DNA from: a virus
Length of the DNA stretch: 64,000 bases
Virus record (IMG/VR): IMGVR_UViG_3300045988_055014
Span: 1-64,000 of that record
Reading direction: 5' to 3' (one strand)
Shown here: positions 9,803 through 19,045 of the stretch, in pieces
How positions within the stretch are numbered: position 1 is the stretch's first letter
Layout of the letters: every line of letters starts with the position of its first letter
Notes under the pieces: model-generated
What the model was told of the DNA's origin: nothing
The model's database searches: none
What the model saw: only the letters and a program-made list of their open reading frames with translations
Program-made: the position numbers and the translations under genes

Positions 9803-10378
9803 TTACTCGTCAATGCTTTTATAGTAAGCTTCAGTGTCGTCCTTAGTAATTTTGTTGATTTGTTCCAAAGAAGCACCTTGGTTTGCTAACTCATCAATAA
9901 AATTGTTAAGATCAGTTAAATTACTTTGATTTAACTGAGTGACAACTTCAGTTACCATCTTTACATTCCAGAAGAAACTCCGCTCTCCTGTTGCTTCAAA
10001 TTTCAGAATAGCGTCCTGAACATCCTTCGGACCAGCTTTCAGAATAGTATCTACGTCAGCCCGTAAGTCAAATTGCAATTTTTCATCATTATTGAACATA
10101 ATGACAATTTTGCCATTTGCTGTCCGCACGATATCTACATTGAATAAATCTACAGTTTCAATCATGTACTTTTTCATAGGATTTGCAAGTACTAGACCTG
10201 TCATATCGCCAGCTAGTTTCTTCTTGTAATTCAAATCCAAATTATCACTTACAGGAATAGCTAACCGCCGACCAACTAATGCCCGGCTGTAAGCAATAAC
10301 TTTAGTACGTAATGATGATACTTCTTGCTGAGTAAATCCTTCAGGATTCTTAAACACGCTTTCATAATTTTTATCCAT
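9803..10378 (-). CDS. hypothetical protein (first gene of a leftward operon, SD-led)
   Basis: 191-aa ORF preceded by AAGGAG-AAAATT-ATG (SD at plus 10385-10390). Higher GC than its neighbours. Confidence 0.6.
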   Translation of the reverse strand: MDKNYESVFKNPEGFTQQEVSSLRTKVIAYSRALVGRRLAIPVSDNLDLNYKKKLAGDMTGLVLANPMKKYMIETVDLFNVDIVRTANGKIVIMFNNDEKLQFDLRADVDTILKAGPKDVQDAILKFEATGERSFFWNVKMVTEVVTQLNQSNLTDLNNFIDELANQGASLEQINKITKDDTEAYYKSIDE

Positions 10379-12529
10379 AATTTTCTCCTTTCTTGATTCC
10401 GTAATTGATTTTACCTACGGAGTTAGTTAATACTATGTTTACTTAAAAAGTTGAGCTATAGAGTTCTTCATATAAGTAGTAGAGTGTTTTATATCTCTCG
10501 TTTAAAATTAAACTTCAAATGCTACTTTTGTATTCAAACAATATGAACTCTATAACGTAATTTTGCTAAGATTTGATATTAATCTGAAAAACTATAAAAT
10601 AAGTCTTCATATTACTAATATTACTACTAGAACGTGATGTTATTACTTCACTCGGCATTCCCCGTAGGACTTTACTCATTAGACAGATGAGTCAGCCGTT
10701 CTTCATAAGATTATTAATACTAAACTAAAGAAATATGTAATTCGACATCTGAAAATCGAATGTTATGCTAGTTAATACCTAAAGAGGTACAACGGGACTC
10801 CAACGGTAGGAGATTTATACCCATCAAATAACATTATAACTGAAATTATCTGAAAATCGAATGTTATGCTAGTTCCTGATTATTTTAAGAGCCTAACAGT
10901 CACTATAGCGTGCTCTTTTCCTGTTATAGTGAGGAGTACTGCATATGCTTTATAACTTACAAATGTTATAATTAGCTATCGGTAATGCTTCTACCGGTTT
11001 TATTACTGAGCTGTTTATGTTTCAAAACACCCACTCTATAGCCTTGTTAGTTTACTCTAACTGCTGCGTGTACTTACGACTTTGTTCTTATTCTGCACAT
11101 AATTCTTAGGATTTCCACCTATCATCCTTTAATGTAAGGAATCAGCGTCACTTTACATATATTGTTGCGCAATATACTTTAGATGGTTCTAATGTCAGCA
11201 ATTATATCGTACAGTCGAGGGTGGCTCGGATTTACTTTCGTCATCTTATCACTACTCGTCCTAAAACCTACCATTGAACTTCCTCATTAGTTAAGTTAAA
11301 CATGTTAATTCTCTCATAATAAAGACTTCCTAAATAGATTTACATTCTGTCACTTCCCGTTAAGACTACTATCTAGTGCAATACACAGATTTTTCTCCGA
11401 TCTGCTTCGTGTCCGTCTTTTAATGTGTCCGCTTCTCTTCATCCCAGGAGTGGGGCGATGCTCACCTTCACATATACTCTTAAGGATAGAGTATCTTACC
11501 TTGTGCAAATTTGATAAAACTCCAGTTATGCTTCTGGATAAGAATAATTTAGTACTTCTAAACTTTATGTCTTCTGCTTAGTATTGAAATAGTGTTATTG
11601 CGCACTTCATCCGCTAGTTATCTTTATATTCCTGTTGCAAAGCACTCTAGGTTTATACTCAGATAAGATAACAACTGAGTTTGTTATAATATTACTTGAA
11701 CTCACATACTCCTCATTTCCTGAAGAGGTCCGTTGCAGGATTCCTTATTTATTAATATTGGACCATTGCTACTCAGCCAAAAGGCACACAATCTACTACT
11801 CACTTCGTCACTCTATCCCTCTATACTGGAATGTATAGTAATACAAGCTTAGGATTAGCTATGTACTGATTAACATAACATTGTGTATAGGTTTATACCT
11901 AATCCAGATAATCTATCAATATTTTTTCAATAAGTAGTGCTATAATATTATAACTAAGTACCTTCATATATACTATCTCTAAACTTATTAAGTTACAATA
12001 TAACTGTTTAGATAAGTATAGAACACTATACTGACATTTTTATACGATCTGTGTCGTAAAGGGGAGTTTGGAGCTACCCTAGAGCGTTATATGCTCGATA
12101 ATGTTCAGCACGTGGTCTTGGACACCACGATTTGTTGGGCATCATCGTGTTTATTACTCCTTCTTGATTCAAACTATGATAAGTCTGCGAGTAACTTAAG
12201 AGGATTTCGTTCCCCTTGTACGGTTCGATTTTGTAAGCTGCTCCTTACTAATCGCGTCTTCTGTATTCTATCTCCAAACGGTTCTCATAGATACAATAGG
12301 GTTGTACACGCTCTCCCTATTTCTTGTTATCTTTTCAGTCTATAGATAGTATATAGACATAACAAGTTATTATACTTTCAGTAATAGTCTATAGTTGTAG
12401 CTATACCCTATTCCTACTAATATTATGTACTATCATGTTTAAAAGTAATTTCACCATTTACTTTTTATATCCTTTGATTTAGGTATCTCTGGATTACACC
12501 ATTGTAGCTCTATAACCGCATTGGCTATT
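10379..12529. other. 2.15-kb ORF-free block, candidate structured non-coding RNA locus
   Basis: No convincing ORF in six frames (only two weak plus-strand ORFs of 67 and 84 aa) in an otherwise tightly packed genome. Many short GC-containing hairpins, e.g. CGTGGT/ACCACG at 12110-12128 and CACGAT/ATCGTG at 12125-12148. Confidence 0.5.
10747..10874. repeat. 27-nt perfect direct repeat x2
   Basis: ATCTGAAAATCGAATGTTATGCTAGTT at 10747-10773 and 10848-10874, with a 74-nt spacer. Confidence 0.9.
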
Positions 12530-12928
12530 CTAGTTGCGGCTCAGATTTCTCTTCTCTGATTGTTTAAGTTTTTTGAGAATATCCGTACAACTGGTTTTAT
12601 TCTCTTTAACTGACGGCATTTCACGTACCCTAATATATTTAGGTACTTCTACTTTCTTCTCTACAACAGAAGTTAAGTATATAATACTGTCTTTCTTTTT
12701 GATTTCAACATTAATATTTTGTTCTGGGTTGCTTTGTCCATCTAACTTTATAGCGTTGTTGTTCAAATCAATATTAATATTAAAATCTTTTGCCCGAGGT
12801 ACATCTGTGAACTTCGGAATCACATATTCATGTGCGGTGGCGGTATTTGTATAATTAGTTACAAAACCTACATAACCACCGAAAGCTAGCATTGCTAGCG
12901 TAATTAAAACTGTTGGTCTTTTACTCAT
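12530..12928 (-). CDS. membrane-anchored/secreted hypothetical protein
   Basis: 132 aa with an N-terminal hydrophobic segment VLITLAMLAFGGYVGFV. Ends with TAG (12530-12532). Confidence 0.55.
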   Translation of the reverse strand: MSKRPTVLITLAMLAFGGYVGFVTNYTNTATAHEYVIPKFTDVPRAKDFNINIDLNNNAIKLDGQSNPEQNINVEIKKKDSIIYLTSVVEKKVEVPKYIRVREMPSVKENKTSCTDILKKLKQSEKRNLSRN

Positions 12929-12947
12929 TTTGATAATGCGTTAAATG

Positions 12948-14672
12948 TTACTTCTTTGTAGCATACGCAGATTTCTCAACATAAAAAGTAAGAGGATTTA
13001 ATGAAGTTGATGAATACAAACTAGAAACTTGTTGCATTATTTGCTTCATCATCTTATCACTCATTTCAGTACCATAGGCAATCCGTAAATTGTTTACGGT
13101 CTTTACTGCTGAAATGTGTTTACCTTTAAGATTCAGACCTTTAATATCTGGATATACCAGCTTGTCTTCATCTTTACCTTCGTTTTTAGCTGAAGTAATG
13201 ATACGATTGATCAGATCGTCATTAGTTCCACTAATTAATTGAGAATACTGTTTTGCTTCTTCTTCGTAATTGTTGCTCTTTACAGTTTCATCAGTAATCT
13301 TCTTAGCTAAGAATACCTTTACTACATTTGCAACTTGCGCATCGTTGTATGTAGTTAATTGGTTCTTAAGCCAAGCATGTGCTGCTAAAACTGACAAATT
13401 ACCGTTTAAGTTGCCCCAAACAGCATTTGTACAACCTTCAAGTAATGTAGCATTCCGTCCTGCTTCTTTCATTTTAAGCAATACAGTTGCTAATACTTGT
13501 GCTGGTTCTGCATCTTTATCAAGATTATAGGCAGACCGTGCAAACTCAATCATGTTTGTTATGTTCTTACCTATTCCTCCTGATTTTTGTTTGTGCCGCA
13601 TGTTCACAATAGTGCATATTGCAGCTATTTTCTGTTCGTCAGTAACGCATTCTTCAGGTTTCGGAATACTCTGACTTTCAGGAGCTTTAGCATCTTGTTC
13701 TAAAGCTTTTTGCATTTCAGGATTTGTTTTTGCGACAGCATCTTTGAAATTAATCTCAAGCTGTCCATCTGATGTCTTACTAGGAAGTAAATTAACACCG
13801 AGGAACAAAGAAGCTGTATCATTTAAGTAATTAAACATTTCTTCGTTCACAGCAAAACCTTGTTCTTTTGCATCATTTTTGAACTGGTTATTCCACTTCT
13901 GAATCAATACAAACATCATAAGGTCTGCTTGTTTTCCTGTTGCTTGATACATTGCCCGATCGTCTTTAATCTCTTCACGACGCTTCAGAATTGCATTCAT
14001 CAAATCTACTGAGTGATTTGCATCAATTCTGTCACTGTTCTGAGTTACAACGTTAGGCACAGGAGAGTTACTTGTTTTGATAGTTGGAGTACTAGCTAAA
14101 TCAATTTCTTCAGCTTCTACTTCTTCTATCTTCTCCTTCTTTGACTTCTGCTGTTTAGGCTTTTTGTCAACTGGTTCTGGTTTAGGATCTTCCTTCTTTG
14201 ACTCTTCTGCTGGTTTAGCTTCAGGAGTCTTAGCAGGAATAGGATTTTTAATTCCTTCTTTGATCTGTTTTACATCAATACCGTCTCCTTTCTTTACATT
14301 TGAAACTGGGAAAAGTACACTTGTAGTTTCACTAGTTTCATTGTTTTTCCAGTCAGCTTTGATATTCTCAATGCCTTTACTGTCTTTCTCAATTTTGAGA
14401 GAAAGTAAACTCATATACGGTAATTTTGTACACAACATATGAGTTTCATATGCTGTTTTACCAGTAGGAGTCTGATAAATACCGCCTTTTTTCTTTTCTT
14501 CGGCAGGTTTTTCTTCAACTTTCTTTTCCTCTGGTTTAGGATCTTCTACTTTTGTTTCTTCTACTTTAGCTTTAGATTCTATGACTTCTTTAGCCTTCTT
14601 TAAAGCTTCTAAATTTCTTGCTGCTTTTGCACTTGGAGTCTGATAAATACCGCCTTTATTCTTTTTACTCAT
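12948..14672 (-). CDS. large Lys/Glu/Pro-rich hypothetical protein
   Basis: 574 aa. The N-terminus carries a duplicated KKGGIYQTP(S/T) motif (residues about 5-15 and about 61-71). The C-terminal half is helical. Confidence 0.6.
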   Translation of the reverse strand: MSKKNKGGIYQTPSAKAARNLEALKKAKEVIESKAKVEETKVEDPKPEEKKVEEKPAEEKKKGGIYQTPTGKTAYETHMLCTKLPYMSLLSLKIEKDSKGIENIKADWKNNETSETTSVLFPVSNVKKGDGIDVKQIKEGIKNPIPAKTPEAKPAEESKKEDPKPEPVDKKPKQQKSKKEKIEEVEAEEIDLASTPTIKTSNSPVPNVVTQNSDRIDANHSVDLMNAILKRREEIKDDRAMYQATGKQADLMMFVLIQKWNNQFKNDAKEQGFAVNEEMFNYLNDTASLFLGVNLLPSKTSDGQLEINFKDAVAKTNPEMQKALEQDAKAPESQSIPKPEECVTDEQKIAAICTIVNMRHKQKSGGIGKNITNMIEFARSAYNLDKDAEPAQVLATVLLKMKEAGRNATLLEGCTNAVWGNLNGNLSVLAAHAWLKNQLTTYNDAQVANVVKVFLAKKITDETVKSNNYEEEAKQYSQLISGTNDDLINRIITSAKNEGKDEDKLVYPDIKGLNLKGKHISAVKTVNNLRIAYGTEMSDKMMKQIMQQVSSLYSSTSLNPLTFYVEKSAYATKK

Positions 14673-14764
14673 ATTGATTATGATTACGCTGCCTTTCTTC
14701 AGCTTTACTTAAATAAATTAATAACTTAACAATTAAATACACTTAAATTATAAATTAAGTATAG

Positions 14765-15115
14765 TCAACTGTCATCTTCTATCTCTGCATTATTAGGCAT
14801 AGTAGGTATTTTATCTCTATCAGTTGTTACTAATGTCTCACCTCCGTCTTCCTGACCCATTTCGTAAGATTGGTTATCTACTGTCCATACAAAAGCAGTA
14901 GAACCTTGAGATGTGGGATTAGGAGCCATAGTAACAACTAATTCTTGAGAAGGAGTATTAGAGGTATTTGCAACTACCTTTTTTACTCCAGTACCTACAA
15001 CAAAGCCTAGTAAAAGTACGCATACTAAGAATACGTACAATCCAGCACTTTTACACATTCTAGAAATGATAAAAGATGCTATTGCTCCTAAAAGGAGTAA
15101 ACAAAAACTAGTCAT
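14765..15115 (-). CDS. membrane protein downstream of the sigma factor (anti-sigma candidate)
   Basis: 116 aa with two N-terminal hydrophobic helices, 18 nt downstream of the sigma factor gene. The function is inference only. Confidence 0.45.
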   Translation of the reverse strand: MTSFCLLLLGAIASFIISRMCKSAGLYVFLVCVLLLGFVVGTGVKKVVANTSNTPSQELVVTMAPNPTSQGSTAFVWTVDNQSYEMGQEDGGETLVTTDRDKIPTMPNNAEIEDDS

Positions 15116-15133
15116 AATTGTTGAAAGTATTTG

Positions 15134-15679
15134 TTAATAATCTGTTTTCTGTTTAAGTTTTTGTCTTGCTTTGTTTAAATCACCTTTTACAGCTAATTCA
15201 TTCATTGCAAACTCTTTAGCTATTTCTTTATAAGATAAGCCATCTATACGAGCATTGATTAAATCTCTATATTTCTTTTTTAAAGTAGGTATAGCTTGTA
15301 AGACTATATCTAATTTTTCCTTTAGAATTAAATTTTCTTCAGGACTCTTCTCTAAATCAGATAGTTGAATAGGACTTTCATCTTCATCAATATAGTTATT
15401 TAATTGCTCTTTTTTATTTCTACGTATATAATCAATTGATGCATTTACAGCAATTGTTTTTAACCACATTTCAAATGAAATATGATTTACATAAGTAGAA
15501 AGTTTCTCATAAGCTTTAGTGAATACTATAGATGTTAAATCATCAGCAACATCCGTATTTTTTACTACATTAAGTATAGTATACCAAATGTTTGATTTAT
15601 ATCTATAATATAATTCGCTAAATGCTTTTTGAGAACCTTTTTTAGCTTGCTCTATGAGATCAATAATTTCTTGCGTCAT
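15134..15679 (-). CDS. RNA polymerase sigma-70 family factor (ECF-like)
   Basis: 181 aa. Region 2-like AFSELYYRYKSNIWYTILNVV...DDLTSIVFTKAYEKL...WLKTIAVNASIDYIRRNKK. Region 4 HTH LSYKEIAKEFAMNELAVKGDLNKARQKLK. Confidence 0.7.
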   Translation of the reverse strand: MTQEIIDLIEQAKKGSQKAFSELYYRYKSNIWYTILNVVKNTDVADDLTSIVFTKAYEKLSTYVNHISFEMWLKTIAVNASIDYIRRNKKEQLNNYIDEDESPIQLSDLEKSPEENLILKEKLDIVLQAIPTLKKKYRDLINARIDGLSYKEIAKEFAMNELAVKGDLNKARQKLKQKTDY

Positions 15680-15738
15680 ATAAAGCTAAATTAGGATTTA
15701 GTGAGTTATAGTTAATCCAATAACTATAACCCTTAAAA

Positions 15739-16185
15739 TCAGAAGGGAAGTTTTATGATCTCTCTGCAATAATAATTATTTATTGCAAAACACCTCTTAT
15801 AAAATACTTCAGAAATGTGTTCTCGCCATTCTTCTTTCTCTTCTTCATTGAGAGGATATGCCATCTTTAATGACATATTAATAGCAATCCTTATTCTTAC
15901 TAATCTAGTGTTAAAATTTATTATTTTATCTTCCAACAGATTGTTAAGAATATCCATCCATAGTCTTCTATTTATCCACTTATTGATACTTAGACAAGTT
16001 ATACTAGTAACTAATTTTAGTCTTAGATTAGGTGGTATATTTACCCAATCTTCTAATACACTATCAGCATATCCTAATACTTTTGTATCATAGTTAGCTG
16101 TTGATATAATCTTATCTAAAGTAAACCTATAAGGTTCCTCTAATTCAACATTGAGTGCTTCAATAAGTCTCTTAAAATCGCTCAT
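15739..16185 (-). CDS. hypothetical protein
   Basis: 148-aa ORF with an ATG start, abutting the next gene. Confidence 0.5.
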   Translation of the reverse strand: MSDFKRLIEALNVELEEPYRFTLDKIISTANYDTKVLGYADSVLEDWVNIPPNLRLKLVTSITCLSINKWINRRLWMDILNNLLEDKIINFNTRLVRIRIAINMSLKMAYPLNEEEKEEWREHISEVFYKRCFAINNYYCREIIKLPF

Positions 16186-16643
16186 TATGGTTCTCTGTTA
16201 AGTGCTTTACATACTACAGTGAATATATAATTAGCTTGAGACATTTTTAGATTGTATTTCTTTTTTAAATGCAATCTAGTTCTTACTTTAGCCTGTTCTG
16301 TACCATATAATGGTAAAGCTGTTCTATAGTAAGAAATACCTTCTTCGATAATCTTATCTTTTCTAGAATCTTCACCTATACCTTCAAGAGTCTGTAAGTC
16401 TCCTATACCAACTCCATCAATTACTTCAGTAATAGACGGTAATGCAAATGTATACTTTTCAGGATACATCATAATATCTACTACTTCAGGGCTGTCTTTA
16501 GTAAGATCTTTTGCTTTTCCGTTCTGTTTAAAATAATTAAGATCTATTGCACCAATTACTTCTAATAACGGTTCTACTCCACTTAAAAGGAGTAATACAT
16601 TAGTTTCTGGACCTTGTGCGATCCACATACCTGCTTTTAACAT
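16185..16643 (-). CDS. hypothetical protein
   Basis: 152-aa ORF with an ATG start, in an overlapping-junction operon layout. Confidence 0.5.
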   Translation of the reverse strand: MLKAGMWIAQGPETNVLLLLSGVEPLLEVIGAIDLNYFKQNGKAKDLTKDSPEVVDIMMYPEKYTFALPSITEVIDGVGIGDLQTLEGIGEDSRKDKIIEEGISYYRTALPLYGTEQAKVRTRLHLKKKYNLKMSQANYIFTVVCKALNREP

Positions 16644-16840
16644 AATCCTTTTGTTTTAAGTATTTTGATAAATTCGTTTTTGAATCTTTTTACTACAACA
16701 GCTGCATCCATTGGACTAATATTAAATTCAGAAGCTACTTTTTTTCTAAATTCCATTTCTCCGTTACACTGTTGCATTACTTCTTGTAATTTTTCTCGCT
16801 CTCCTGGTTCAGTCCAGCGAACATATTGAACAATTTCCAT
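16637..16840 (-). CDS. hypothetical small protein
   Basis: 67-aa ORF with an ATG start, coupled to its neighbours. Confidence 0.45.
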   Translation of the reverse strand: MEIVQYVRWTEPGEREKLQEVMQQCNGEMEFRKKVASEFNISPMDAAVVVKRFKNEFIKILKTKGLC

Positions 16841-16841
16841 G

Positions 16842-17129
16842 TTAATTCATTTGATGTTCAAGATCTTTAATTTTATTATGGATGCCTACCCAATATAACA
16901 AGCCTTCTTTACTTTTTTCAGCTTGAAACATTTCATAAATTTTGCATCTATTATATCCAACAGTGATATTATGTATACCACGTTGCCAACCTCTACCTCC
17001 CTTCATTCCTGATGGAGTTGCTTCATACACATACTCAACAAATGCAGTGAGTTTGTGTTCTCTTGTAAGAATAGTTTCCCATGTTGCTGGTAATTTTCTT
17101 CTAATAAAACCTCTTAAACCTTTAGTCAT
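16842..17129 (-). CDS. hypothetical protein
   Basis: 95-aa ORF with an ATG start. Confidence 0.5.
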   Translation of the reverse strand: MTKGLRGFIRRKLPATWETILTREHKLTAFVEYVYEATPSGMKGGRGWQRGIHNITVGYNRCKIYEMFQAEKSKEGLLYWVGIHNKIKDLEHQMN

Positions 17130-17269
17130 TATGCTTTATATTTAAATATTTTAAAATTATCTCCAAATTCAAATCTAATTGAATATATACTATTTTCAAC
17201 AGTCGCTGAATTGAGCATTCTTCTAACTTTTGATATAAAGTCCTTTAAATAATATATATCATTTATATA

Positions 17270-17467
17270 TCAAGCAACTATACGAATTTCTAATAATTTA
17301 TCAGAACTAATACTAGCTAGTGCATAAATTGATTTTGTATTACAAAATCCATAGCTTCTATATAATTTTAATAATATATAAAGTTCTTTTTCTATATTAT
17401 ATAGAATCTCATTTTGAGTATAAAGTTCTTTTTCTTTATTACTCTTTTTATGCCGACCACGATTCAT
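17270..17467 (-). CDS. hypothetical small protein
   Basis: 65-aa ORF. Weak support. Confidence 0.35.
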   Translation of the reverse strand: MNRGRHKKSNKEKELYTQNEILYNIEKELYILLKLYRSYGFCNTKSIYALASISSDKLLEIRIVA

Positions 17468-17654
17468 AAGTAGTTTCTCTAATTGCAGACTGTAATCTTT
17501 CTATTGCTGTTATTATAGTATCTATTCTAATTACTATTTCGGTATCTCTAGTAAAATGTTTAATATAGTATAACTTAGTAATCATACCAGCTAAACACCA
17601 AAGAGCAAAATTTCTCTTACTAGCCTTTAATTGATTTAAAGTTTTCTTTTTCAT
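17448..17654 (-). CDS. hypothetical small protein
   Basis: 68-aa ORF whose start overlaps the upstream stop. Confidence 0.4.
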   Translation of the reverse strand: MKKKTLNQLKASKRNFALWCLAGMITKLYYIKHFTRDTEIVIRIDTIITAIERLQSAIRETTYESWSA

Positions 17655-17965
17655 CTACAAAATATTTTTAAATACTGTTCATAATGTTTCTTTTCGTTTA
17701 TAGATGCAATAGCATCTAATTTATTATAACTATTTTTTGGTAGTGTGAAATCATAATCTAATAAAGCTTCTTTTAAACTATGAAATACATTATAATTAAA
17801 CAAATCTTGGTCAGTTATCTTAATTTGTTCAATGAGACCTGTTTCAAATATTGCTAACAATCTTAAAGCATATTTATTATTACTTTTAACTGCTAGTCAC
17901 AATCCTTTTTCATTTTTATTATAATCTAAAGGAATAATTGATACTTTATTATAGTTTATTTTCAT
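17651..17965 (-). CDS. hypothetical protein interrupted by one in-frame TGA (readthrough candidate, nonsense allele, or two ORFs)
   Basis: ATG 17965-17963 overlaps the upstream stop (ATGA). 22 codons follow, then TGA at 17899-17897, and the same frame continues into track ORF 17651..17860, which only has a TTG start. Confidence 0.3.
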
Positions 17966-18477
17966 ACTCTAAAATTTTCTTTATAGTATCTTTTAATGAT
18001 TCTTATCACTTCATCAAATTCTTGTTTATTATCAAAAACATTACAAAAAGTATAACTATTCTTATTTAAGAATATAGGATGGAAATATGCACAAAAGAAA
18101 GTTTTAAATATTCTACTTCTTTTAATAGGAATTAAATTATCTAAAGTAATATCACTAGTTATATTTACTATCCAAGCTATATTTAGTTCTGCATCTATTT
18201 TATAGATTACTCCATAATGTTCACATGGACCTATTTTAGCTTTTATAACATCATACTTTTGTAAAGGTATTTGATCTACACCTTGACCTAGTATTTCTGT
18301 AGGAAGTACTACAGTGCTTTTATCAATTTTAACTGATTTAGTTGGTTTATCTTCTATCTTTTGTAAAAATATTTGGTCTACATCAGTAGCATTAACAAAT
18401 TCATTTACTAGTAGTAATGCTTCTGAAATTTTGTATTCATCAGTAGTTTTTAACTTAGCTGTTACTTTACATCTCAT
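17962..18477 (-). CDS. hypothetical protein
   Basis: The track ORF starts at TTG 18486. The first ATG is at 18477. About 171 aa. Confidence 0.5.
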   Translation of the reverse strand: MRCKVTAKLKTTDEYKISEALLLVNEFVNATDVDQIFLQKIEDKPTKSVKIDKSTVVLPTEILGQGVDQIPLQKYDVIKAKIGPCEHYGVIYKIDAELNIAWIVNITSDITLDNLIPIKRSRIFKTFFCAYFHPIFLNKNSYTFCNVFDNKQEFDEVIRIIKRYYKENFRV

Positions 18478-18575
18478 CGCATTCAAAAAAATCCATCTTT
18501 TCCTTAGAAGATTTACTTTTCAATAGTTGATCTATATCCATATTTTTTTACTTTTTTTAATTTTTAATAATATTG

Positions 18576-18648
18576 TTCACGGAGTGGGACTCGAACCCAC
18601 ACTCTTAGGCATTGTCTGCTTGTGTCTAACCAATTGCACGATCCGTGA
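18576..18648 (-). ncRNA. tRNA-like element with a non-canonical anticodon arm
   Basis: 73 nt. Perfect 7-bp acceptor TCACGGA/TCCGTGA (U1:A72) and a canonical T-arm GTGGG-TTCGAGT-CCCAC. The D-loop AATTGGTTA is normal. The central arm folds only as AAGCA-GACAA-TGCCT (5-nt loop, one A.C mismatch, no U33), so no anticodon can be assigned. Confidence 0.5.
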
Positions 18649-18904
18649 CCCTTAGTTTTATATTCTATATCAAAGAATACTTTGAGGCGACTGTCACTAT
18701 TTCTAGCGTTCTAGCCTATTTCACAACCCCGTCAAGAATAACCGCTTCTCTTTAAATAAAGAGTTGATAAACTAGGATTACGGTATTACTCCCCTAGAGA
18801 TTATCACGCACTCAGGCGAGTATAATCTGTTACAAAATGTTTGTCATTTCTGACGTTTATTGACCTATTCATTTTCATCCTCGCTGTCAAAACCATAATG
18901 CCCC
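18649..18904 (-). ncRNA. ssrA: tmRNA-like, coding piece (5' acceptor strand + tag frame) of a permuted gene
   Basis: The minus strand from 18904 reads GGGGCATTATGGTTTTGACAGCGAGG, matching the tmRNA 5' consensus GGGGnnn..GGnUUnGAC. A candidate tag frame ...DYTRLSA ends in tandem stops TGA-TAA (18806-18801). The 3' end is placed at the abutting tRNA-like element and is uncertain. Confidence 0.6.
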
Positions 18905-19045
18905 AATGTGCCGTTATACGCTACGGTCAAACGGCAGCTAACGGTTCTTTGCTGCAACCGTGCGGGACACTCCGTTATTGGACTAGTTATATGTACACGT
19001 ACATTTTTAGTTTGTTCCAACTGTTTTATTCAACCGCAAAGGGCG

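Noticed and set aside
10747-10874. The 27-nt direct repeats could be a CRISPR mini-array.
   Set aside because: There are only two copies, the spacer is 74 nt, the repeat has no palindromic core and no cas genes are present.
12215-12250. GGTTCGATT (12232-12240) looked like a tRNA T-loop.
   Set aside because: No complementary acceptor strand or anticodon arm could be found on either side.
11635-12345. Track ORFs 11635..11838 (+) and 12091..12345 (+) inside the ORF-free block.
   Set aside because: They are short, Cys/Leu/Ser-rich with low-complexity composition, on the strand opposite to all neighbouring genes, with no start context. They are treated as chance ORFs.
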